IMG/VR virus record: IMGVR_UViG_3300008108_000011
Coordinates: 64,001 to 128,000 of that record
Direction: 5' to 3' (one strand)
Source of the DNA: a virus
DNA length: 64,000 nt
Made by a program: the position numbers and the translations under genes. Positions 27,727 through 33,999 of this stretch are shown here, piece after piece (within the stretch, counting starts at the first letter, position 1; each line of letters begins with the position of its first letter). The notes beneath the pieces are model-generated. The model saw only the letters and a program-made list of their open reading frames with translations, was not told where the DNA came from and did not search any database.

Positions 27727-28345
27727 GTGCTCTACTGTAGGTGTCATTCAAACTCACCTACCACATACAATCATTGATACAATTAGAACTGAATGCCACG
27801 CCTACGATAATCAAATCAAACAAGCAAACACATTCAATAATAATACTAATTACCGTAAGACATTCATCAAAGCAATATCATCCTATGAATGGTTCGCTGG
27901 TATGCTCTGGCATTATATCTCACGAGCTAATAGAGAGAACTTTCTATTTGATATCACCTGCCTAGAGAATGAAGGATTAAATCATCTCATCTATCCTCCT
28001 GGGCATTACTATCATTGGCATCAAGATCAAGCATTGACATCATGCCTTCGCCCAACAATACTACCATCAGTCTATAACTCTACAATACAAGAGTCTTTGA
28101 CTGTAGAACACCAATGGATAAGAAAAATTTCTTTCTCATTACAACTAACAGATAGTAATGACTATACAGGGGGCGATCTACAATTCCATAATAATAATTA
28201 CACTAAGGAAGGAGTAATCACTGCACCTAGAGAGAAAGGATCATTGATTATATTTGATAGTAGACTATCACATAGGGTAACAAGAGTAAGAGAAGGAACA
28301 AGAGAAGCATTGGTAGGATGGGTATTAGGACCACGATGGAAATAG
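27710..28345 (+). CDS. 2OG-Fe(II) oxygenase, PKHD-type
   Basis: YYHWHQD...RKISFSLQLT..DYTGGDLQF...IIFDSRLSHRVTRVREGTREALVGWVLGPRWK; likely start 27710. Confidence 0.88.
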   Translation: MENYPRCSTVGVIQTHLPHTIIDTIRTECHAYDNQIKQANTFNNNTNYRKTFIKAISSYEWFAGMLWHYISRANRENFLFDITCLENEGLNHLIYPPGHYYHWHQDQALTSCLRPTILPSVYNSTIQESLTVEHQWIRKISFSLQLTDSNDYTGGDLQFHNNNYTKEGVITAPREKGSLIIFDSRLSHRVTRVREGTREALVGWVLGPRWK

Positions 28346-28386
28346 TTTTCCACAGGGTTGTGGAAAAAGTATAGAGTTTTTCCACA
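28346..28386. promoter_or_regulatory. DnaA-box cluster 1 (3 boxes)
   Basis: TTTTCCACA at 28346(+), 28359(-), 28378(+). Confidence 0.7.
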
Positions 28387-28542
28387 GATTTAAATGTGTT
28401 AAAAAATAGTATTGGGTTTTCTATGTGCTTCGTAGAATGTGTCTACAAATAGTCTGATGATACTGTGAAAGGTCTCAGAATCTTCAGAGTTGTTGTAGTC
28501 TTAGCACGCGAGCTAACGAGTTGTCAAGCGTTTGTCACAAAA

Positions 28543-28686
28543 CTCAAAAATCTCAAAAAACTCAAAAATCTCAAAAACGACAAAACTGAGATTTCTGAGA
28601 ATTCTGTATTTCCAAGGTTTTTTGAGTTTTTTCGAATTTTAAAAAACTTAATTTTTTAGTTTTTTGAGATTTTTGAGACTTTTGAG
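28543..28686. repeat. Inverted array of 9-bp-periodic CTCAAAAA units
   Basis: CTCAAAAA at 28543/28552/28561/28570; TTTTGAG units at about 28620-28686; perfect 20-bp IR 28543..28562 / 28658..28677. Confidence 0.9.
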
Positions 28687-28722
28687 AATTTTAAAGTCTT
28701 ATAATTATAACTTATCATTATA

Positions 28723-28776
28723 ATAAGGGTTACTAATCAATAAAGGGTTGACAAACCATCGAAAATACAGTATTAT
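28723..28776 (+). promoter_or_regulatory. Class A early promoter
   Basis: ATAAG-N5-CTAAT-N10-TTGACA-N17-TATTAT. Confidence 0.8.
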
Positions 28777-28803
28777 TACTAAGTAATCAATCAAAGACAT
28801 CGA

Positions 28804-29046
28804 ATGACTGTCAAAAACTACACTGATCTTCCTAGTTCTGCTATCAAAAACATCACTATTGATACTGTAAAGAACACTGTATCAGTAGAGTATACTACTG
28901 GTAACAAACAGTATACTTACAGCACCGAAGATGCTGAAGGTTTTGATCAGCAACTGCTGTCAGAATTCGACTCTGATGATATCTCAGTGGGTCGATTCAT
29001 GAATCAGAGCGTCACAAATGGCACTCTGAATCTGCTTGTTGACTGA
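28804..29046 (+). CDS. KTSC-like domain protein
   Basis: SSAIKNI..D....V.VEY..G..Y.Y...S.GRFMN. Confidence 0.5.
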   Translation: MTVKNYTDLPSSAIKNITIDTVKNTVSVEYTTGNKQYTYSTEDAEGFDQQLLSEFDSDDISVGRFMNQSVTNGTLNLLVD

Positions 29047-29151
29047 CCCTACCACAGATAAATACGTTTGTCAAGGGGTAAAGACACCAATTTGGTTGTC
29101 AATATCCCTTCCAGACGATTCTAGACACCTCTCAGAGAACATTTCAAACCG

Positions 29152-29316
29152 ATGGCTAAATCCAAAGCAGGAAACTACAAGGATAATTTCTATAACGAAT
29201 TCGATGAATTCGAAGAGCATGAAGTAGAACAAAAGTATGGTGTGAAAGTGAAGAATATTGGTCGCACTCCAAAGAAACAGAAAAAGCTTAAATTTGATGG
29301 TGATTTTGAATGGTAA
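29152..29316 (+). CDS. Small charged hypothetical protein (54 aa)
   Basis: MAKSKAGNYKDNFYNEFDEFEEHEVEQKYGVKVKNIGRTPKKQKKLKFDGDFEW; ATAAATA late-promoter-like site at about 29058. Confidence 0.55.
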   Translation: MAKSKAGNYKDNFYNEFDEFEEHEVEQKYGVKVKNIGRTPKKQKKLKFDGDFEW

Positions 29317-29329
29317 TCTAATAAAATAG

Positions 29330-29393
29330 TTTTCCACAGATATACTAAAACCTGTGGAAAACTTTCAATAGTTTTCCACAACCCTGTGGAAAA
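29330..29393. promoter_or_regulatory. DnaA-box cluster 2 (4 boxes)
   Basis: TTTTCCACA at 29330(+), 29353(-), 29372(+), 29385(-). Confidence 0.7.
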
Positions 29394-29398
29394 CTCTC

Positions 29399-29475
29399 AT
29401 AAGCCCCCCTAATCAGACCCATAAGCAAAGGTGATGGTTAGGGGGGTTGACTTTTGCCCCGATCTGACCCATACT
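29399..29475 (+). promoter_or_regulatory. Class A early promoter with two upstream boxes
   Basis: ATAAG-N5-CTAAT at 29399, ATAAG-N5-GTGAT at 29421, N11, TTGACT-N17-CATACT. Confidence 0.75.
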
Positions 29476-29499
29476 ACCTAAGTCAACAGCAAACGACCC

Positions 29500-29811
29500 A
29501 TGCGCCTCATCGAACGCCAAATGAACGCTGCTATCACCAACAGCAAAGATTGGCAGAAAGACAATACCATGGTGAGCAACGCTGATGGTGTTTCTTTCGT
29601 GTTTCTTCATGGTAACTGTATCGCCCAGATTGGTGATACGTTTGTGCGACTGTTTGATGGTGGTTGGCAAACTAACACCACCAAATCTCGCCTGAATGCT
29701 ATCCTGACTGCACACGGCAACGGTGAGCGTGTTTTCCAGAAGAATTTCAATTGGTTTGTTAGCACTGCTGCAGGCGATGTTGAGTTCGAATCTGGTATGC
29801 TTCTCGCCTGA
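29500..29811 (+). CDS. Hypothetical early protein
   Basis: MRLIERQMNAAI...LHGNCIA...DGGWQTNTTKSRLNAIL. Confidence 0.7.
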   Translation: MRLIERQMNAAITNSKDWQKDNTMVSNADGVSFVFLHGNCIAQIGDTFVRLFDGGWQTNTTKSRLNAILTAHGNGERVFQKNFNWFVSTAAGDVEFESGMLLA

Positions 29812-29851
29812 ACTTTACACTACATACTAACTGAAACCCATGGAGGATTAC

Positions 29852-29980
29852 ATGACCATTTCTGAAATGTATCAAGAGATTGTTGATCAAGAGGTGGCAG
29901 ACATTTTCCTTGATAGTGATAGTTTGATCGTTGACGATTATGCTCTCGAAGATGTAATCGAAGAGGTCTACGATTTGTAA
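29852..29980 (+). CDS. Small acidic protein (42 aa)
   Basis: GGAGG SD; MTISEMYQEIVDQEVADIFLDSDSLIVDDYALEDVIEEVYDL. Confidence 0.55.
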   Translation: MTISEMYQEIVDQEVADIFLDSDSLIVDDYALEDVIEEVYDL

Positions 29981-30083
29981 TACAAACTGATCAGCCGCCC
30001 GACCAGTTGGGGAACTGTCACACCACTGGTCGCCGCGGCCACCCCCTGCCCTTATACTATAGAAGTCAAACGCACCGAGACCT

Positions 30084-30212
30084 ATGTGGGATGAGATCCA
30101 AGACATGCCTGGTGAGATCTTCGATATCGAAGATTGGGGGCACCCCCTAGCAGAGTGCTGGCACGATATGGAGCTGAATGTGCCAGATGAAGAGGTGGCA
30201 CAGGAGGGGTGA
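30084..30212 (+). CDS. Small acidic protein (42 aa)
   Basis: MWDEIQDMPGEIFDIEELGHPLAECWHDMELNVPDEEVAQEG after a class B promoter. Confidence 0.55.
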   Translation: MWDEIQDMPGEIFDIEDWGHPLAECWHDMELNVPDEEVAQEG

Positions 30213-30264
30213 CCCTCCCCCCTCTCCTGCCTCTATACTGATCAAGTCAACCACACACGAGACC

Positions 30265-30432
30265 ATGACCCGCTTCGAAGTTTACGTGCCCTCTGCCCCT
30301 TACGAGTCCGAGAGCACCTGGGATCTCGATCGTGCCTGGGATCTGTGCCTCTCGCTGAGCGAGGAGTTCGGATACGCTCAGGTTCGCCAGGATGGTATCA
30401 TCCTGGGAGACTACACCAACGGGGGTGTGTGA
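30265..30432 (+). CDS. Small hypothetical protein
   Basis: MTRFEVYVPSAPYESESTWDLDRAWDLC...; start after the promoter. Confidence 0.65.
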   Translation: MTRFEVYVPSAPYESESTWDLDRAWDLCLSLSEEFGYAQVRQDGIILGDYTNGGV

Positions 30433-30512
30433 CACTCTAGAAACTGGCACAAGGGGTCACCACAGACCCCACCCTGACCCTCTATACTGATCAAGTCAAC
30501 CAAACAAAGCAA

Positions 30513-30941
30513 ATGACCGTGACTCTGACCTCCAACTATCGTGACATGCTCGCTGCTGCCACTGTTGAGAAGATCGATGAATTGCTCGATGAGAACTATG
30601 CTCTCGATGACATGCTCGAATTCATCGATGAGCGTAATGAGAACGATTTTGTAGCATACTATGAAGAGTATTGCCGTTGTGGTGAAGCAATCGGTTACGA
30701 TGCTGTAGATGCTCTCATCGATGAGATGGGGTGCGTTTCTGACATCGAAGGGTGTGATGATCGCTTCCGTGGTTGGTATGAATCGACCGCTGATTTCGCT
30801 GAAGAGTTTTATACTGATACCTACGATGTTCCCTCTGCATTGGTGATCGATTGGGAGGCAACTTACGATAGCACCCTCCGCTACGATTACACTGCCTGTG
30901 AGAAAGGTTATCGTCAGGTGGCGATCTTCTCTGATTACTGA
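30513..30941 (+). CDS. ArdA-like acidic anti-restriction (DNA mimic) protein
   Basis: Very D/E rich; FRGWYESTADFAEEF...VPSALVIDWEATY..LRYDY resembles the ArdA C-terminal domain. Confidence 0.6.
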   Translation: MTVTLTSNYRDMLAAATVEKIDELLDENYALDDMLEFIDERNENDFVAYYEEYCRCGEAIGYDAVDALIDEMGCVSDIEGCDDRFRGWYESTADFAEEFYTDTYDVPSALVIDWEATYDSTLRYDYTACEKGYRQVAIFSDY

Positions 30942-31023
30942 GTGACAGTCTGAGAGGTGGCACACGCTGCCTCTCAGCACCCCATCCTAGCCCCTATACT
31001 GATCTCAGTTCAAACGACACACG

Positions 31024-31224
31024 ATGTTCAAGGCATTCACCCTCGGATCTACCGCCATCAGCAAGATGACCGCCGATCCTATCACGGGCACCGTTCGCGT
31101 TCGCTTTCGTGGGGGCACTAAGTTCTACCGCTTCGAGAACGTCTCCCGTCGCGCCATCGTGGCGATGCTGCTGCGCCCTCCCGTGAGCATGGGCCAGTGG
31201 GTAAACCGTCACTGCCTCGCCTGA
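31024..31224 (+). CDS. KTSC-like domain protein
   Basis: STAIS...D...GTVRVRFRGG..Y.F.NV....I..LL...SMGQWVN. Confidence 0.55.
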   Translation: MFKAFTLGSTAISKMTADPITGTVRVRFRGGTKFYRFENVSRRAIVAMLLRPPVSMGQWVNRHCLA

Positions 31225-31269
31225 TCAGGTCGCCTGACCCTGTAGACTAATCACATCAGCAAACAACCC

Positions 31270-31431
31270 ATGAGAATCGAAGTTCGTTACCAGACTCCCT
31301 ACAATGCTTGTGAGTGGCGCTCGCAGTGGTTTAAGGATCTGGCAGAGGCAGAGCGTATGGTAGAATTCTATCGCTCCTGTGGGTCACCCTCTCACATCGC
31401 CCCTTCCTCCCTCGCTCAGTTCGATCGCTGA
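31270..31431 (+). CDS. Small hypothetical protein (53 aa)
   Basis: MRIEVRYQTPYNACEWRSQWFKDLAEAERMVEFYRSCGSP... Confidence 0.6.
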   Translation: MRIEVRYQTPYNACEWRSQWFKDLAEAERMVEFYRSCGSPSHIAPSSLAQFDR

Positions 31432-31438
31432 TTCTACC

Positions 31439-31579
31439 ATGCCGAACCTCATCCGCCTTTCCCTGGTCGCCGCCATCTGCCTGATGTTCGCCAACACCCT
31501 AGGATCGGTGTTCGCCCTAGCCCAGACCCTAGACCGTGTGACAGCCGAGAAGGTGGCACAGATCGCCGCCATCGACTGA
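31439..31579 (+). CDS. Small membrane/secreted peptide
   Basis: MPNLIRLSLVAAICLMFANTLG... Confidence 0.5.
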   Translation: MPNLIRLSLVAAICLMFANTLGSVFALAQTLDRVTAEKVAQIAAID

Positions 31580-31618
31580 CCCCGACCCTGTAGACTGATC
31601 TCAGTTCAAACAAAGCAA

Positions 31619-31792
31619 ATGACCAACCCCAAGATCGACCTCGCCGCCATCATGGCAGACTACACCACCCGCTACAATGAGATGCAGGCACGGTCTGCCG
31701 CCAACCGCCAGGCATTCGCTGAGGGTCGCCCCTTCCCCTTCCCCGCCCCCGAGTGCCAGTCTGACACCTGGAACATCAGCGACCGCCACTGA
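31619..31792 (+). CDS. Small hypothetical protein (57 aa)
   Basis: MTNPKIDLAAIMADYTTRYNEMQARSAANRQAFAEGRPFPFPAPECQSDTWNISDRH. Confidence 0.6.
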   Translation: MTNPKIDLAAIMADYTTRYNEMQARSAANRQAFAEGRPFPFPAPECQSDTWNISDRH

Positions 31793-31838
31793 GCGGCGCT
31801 GCCTGTAGAATTCTCTCAGTTCAACCGACAGACGACCG

Positions 31839-32033
31839 ATGATCCTCAGCATGGCATCCGACCTTCAGACCCGCCGCATCGTGTGGGCAGGTCGCAAGAC
31901 AGAGACCGCACAGCAGACCATGGGGCAAGATCTGCCCCTGACCGTAGAGAGTGAGTGGATCGCGGGCGCTTACTCTGACCGCTGGCATGATGAGGCGATC
32001 GCCGCCCTGCCCCTGTTCACCCACGCCGACTGA
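31839..32033 (+). CDS. Small hypothetical protein
   Basis: First ORF after a class B promoter. Confidence 0.6.
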   Translation: MILSMASDLQTRRIVWAGRKTETAQQTMGQDLPLTVESEWIAGAYSDRWHDEAIAALPLFTHAD

Positions 32034-32036
32034 CCC

Positions 32037-32231
32037 ATGAAAAAAATCGAGCGCGAGCGCCTGATGATCATGACCCGTGAGGGATGGGCAGAGAAGCGAC
32101 GCACGGGAGGGCACATCGTATGGCAGCACCCCCGCTATGGCACAACCACCACCAGCGCCACGCCCAGCGACATTAACTCACTGCGACAGATCGAGCGCCA
32201 GCTGCGACGCATCGCCGCCGCTGCTGCCTGA
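32037..32231 (+). CDS. HicA-like (dsRBD-fold) mRNA interferase homolog
   Basis: L...EGW..KRRTGGHIVWQHP..G..TT..TPSD...LRQIERQL. Confidence 0.65.
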   Translation: MKKIERERLMIMTREGWAEKRRTGGHIVWQHPRYGTTTTSATPSDINSLRQIERQLRRIAAAAA

Positions 32232-32247
32232 CCCGCCATCCTAGCAC

Positions 32248-32275
32248 ACTGCCCCCTAGGGGGCAGTTATTTTAT
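32248..32275 (+). terminator. Intrinsic terminator closing the GC-rich island
   Basis: Perfect 20-bp palindrome ACTGCCCCCTAGGGGGCAGT followed by TATTTTT. Confidence 0.75.
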
Positions 32276-32481
32276 AACGATACCGTTATGGCGGCGCGGC
32301 CGAGCGAAAAGTCATAGATACTATTAACCTACAAAACTTTGAAAACGCTCGATCGATTACACGTTCATAAAAAAAATTTTTCCCTAACAAAATGACTCAA
32401 AAAACCTCAATGAGCACAAAGACCACAACAGCAGAGGAATTCGGATATATTTGGATGACTTTGAAGGAACTCGTAAGGATC

Positions 32482-32511
32482 TTGACAAATCGCACATAGA
32501 TACACTATAAT
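32482..32511 (+). promoter_or_regulatory. Sigma70-type promoter
   Basis: TTGACA-N18-TATAAT. Confidence 0.65.
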
Positions 32512-32723
32512 CTGTAAGACTTTTAGTGTTTGAACAAATAAGTCATGTTGAAATAGATCTCAGAAATATGTGTATCTACGCCACTAGTGACCTTGGAAGA
32601 CGTTTAAGAATTTCATTTTATACGATCGAACACTTTCAGTATGCCTGCCAGCGATGCCATCAATGGCTACCCACTGAAAGAATTCGTAGATTCTGAACTA
32701 TATAAAAAAGATTCCATAAAATT

Positions 32724-32930
32724 ATGAGTAAAGTATATCAATCAACAGTAGAATACAACGAAGATTTCAACGAATACTACCTAACGATTCCCGACGAGCT
32801 TTTAGATAATCTCGGATGGGAAGAAGGGGATGTATTAGAGTGGCATACAAATAAAGATGGCACTGTATTACTCGAAAGAGTAGATGAATATTTTGATGGA
32901 GAGAATGAGAGTGATGACGAACAATCCTAA
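32724..32930 (+). CDS. AbrB/MazE (SpoVT)-like DNA-binding protein
   Basis: YLTIPDELLDNLGWEEGDVLEW...DGTVLL. Confidence 0.75.
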   Translation: MSKVYQSTVEYNEDFNEYYLTIPDELLDNLGWEEGDVLEWHTNKDGTVLLERVDEYFDGENESDDEQS

Positions 32931-33219
32931 GAAAATACAATACAAGGTAGTTGATAAAAGCGGAAACGTTGTAAGTGACGAAACGTTTGAAGATTACGAA
33001 AAACTAGCAGATCATATGCTAGACATAGCAGACAAATATTATCAAGGTCTTTACACCGTAGATGATAGCGTTAATATTTCAACGTTTGATGAGTCTGGAG
33101 AATTAATTTATGAAGACACTGCAAGCTTTGGAAGCAATGTAGTAACAAACGAAGAGATGGAAGATGAATTCAGAACAGAATCAAAGCGAAGAAATTCAGG
33201 TCAAGGATTTGGCAGTTAA
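32914..33219 (+). CDS. Acidic hypothetical protein
   Basis: Likely start 32914. Confidence 0.6.
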   Translation: MTNNPKKIQYKVVDKSGNVVSDETFEDYEKLADHMLDIADKYYQGLYTVDDSVNISTFDESGELIYEDTASFGSNVVTNEEMEDEFRTESKRRNSGQGFGS

Positions 33220-33403
33220 ACTACTTGGTCTGATTGATGCATTAAGTGCAAGAATCAGCAAGTTAGAAGAAAAAATGCCAGAAACTTTTGATATTTTTTA
33301 TCGCCCACCTGGCGCTGAGAGTCATCAAAAGTTACACTTGTCATTAGACGAGTTATATGGTAAAATAAATAGTATTGAGACGCGACTTAACGATGCCAGG
33401 TAG
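33164..33403 (+). CDS. Hypothetical protein
   Basis: Coiled-coil N-terminus, IFYRPPG motif. Confidence 0.6.
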   Translation: MNSEQNQSEEIQVKDLAVKLLGLIDALSARISKLEEKMPETFDIFYRPPGAESHQKLHLSLDELYGKINSIETRLNDAR

Positions 33404-33728
33404 AGTTGTTGCAACTTTCACAGGTTCTGACAGTGGTGGTATTTGCCCATGTGTAACACCACCACAGACACTCTCACCACCTGCGCCAGATAGGAGAGTC
33501 TTTGTGAATAAGATTCCTGTTATGGCGGCTGGTGATGTTCTGTCACCTTCCCCTGGGCAAGACTGCAGTAGTGAACCATCACCATGCACCTCACCAAGAA
33601 CCGTAGTGTCAGCTGGCAGAGTTTTCGTGAATAAGAAGCCAATTGCTCACATTGGAGACATTCTCAATCAATCAACGAACATAAAGATCGTTGGAGTTCC
33701 ATCACAAGTATTTGCAGGAGAATCATAG
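33393..33728 (+). CDS. PAAR-motif spike-tip protein (gp5.4-like)
   Basis: Two RVFVNKxP(V/I)A..GD repeats, Cys/Pro rich; upstream of gp25. Confidence 0.8.
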   Translation: MPGRVVATFTGSDSGGICPCVTPPQTLSPPAPDRRVFVNKIPVMAAGDVLSPSPGQDCSSEPSPCTSPRTVVSAGRVFVNKKPIAHIGDILNQSTNIKIVGVPSQVFAGES

Positions 33729-33730
33729 TT

Positions 33731-33877
33731 ATGGCAAAAGCAAAAATCGGTCTGGTCAAAACGAATTACGTGCCAGGCAAACCTAAAATGACCAGTCAAG
33801 GTCGTTCGAAGAACACAAATCTTGCTGCGACTAGTCGAAATGGTCGCAAAAAGCGTTATCGCGGGCAAGGAAACTGA
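33731..33877 (+). CDS. Small basic protein (48 aa)
   Basis: MAKAKIGLVKTNYVPGKPKMTSQGRSKNTNLAATSRNGRKKRYRGQGN. Confidence 0.7.
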   Translation: MAKAKIGLVKTNYVPGKPKMTSQGRSKNTNLAATSRNGRKKRYRGQGN

Positions 33878-33881
33878 GATC

Positions 33882-33905
33882 AAGCGCCTTTTTGGCGCTT
33901 TTTTT
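33882..33905 (+). terminator. Intrinsic terminator
   Basis: AAGCGCC-TTTTT-GGCGCTT followed by a T-run. Confidence 0.8.
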
Positions 33906-33999
33906 GTGAAAAAAATCAAAAATTTGCGATAATTCTCGGTAATTTCGGGATAGCAACCCCGTAAAAAGTTCTGTTTTAATCAATTTTGAGGAAAAACAG

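Larger units (their letters stand above)
29999..31811 (+). repeat. Seven dispersed class B promoter modules (palindrome-N30--10)
   Basis: TGTG(A/C)CA-N10-TG(G/T)CACA-N29/31-TA(T/G)ACT at 29999, 30179, 30428, 30941, 31190 (degenerate), 31537, 31752. Confidence 0.85.

Noticed and set aside
28465-28659. 64-aa ORF over the CTCAAAAA array
   Set aside because: Low-complexity translation of the repeat (KNLKKLKNLK), GTG start, no coupling; treated as non-coding.
29047-29075. Minus-strand TTGACA-N17-TAGGGT promoter antisense to the KTSC-like gene
   Set aside because: Weak -10, single instance, overlaps a plus-strand late-promoter-like site; insufficient support.
28345-29394. IS/MITE interpretation of the 23-bp terminal inverted repeat
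   Set aside because: No transposase or recombinase inside or adjacent and no target-site duplication seen; the IR is explained by paired DnaA-type boxes. Inversion is not fully excluded.
29999-31811. Regularly spaced repeats as a CRISPR array
   Set aside because: Repeats are degenerate promoter modules separated by 180-510 nt containing ORFs; no cas genes.
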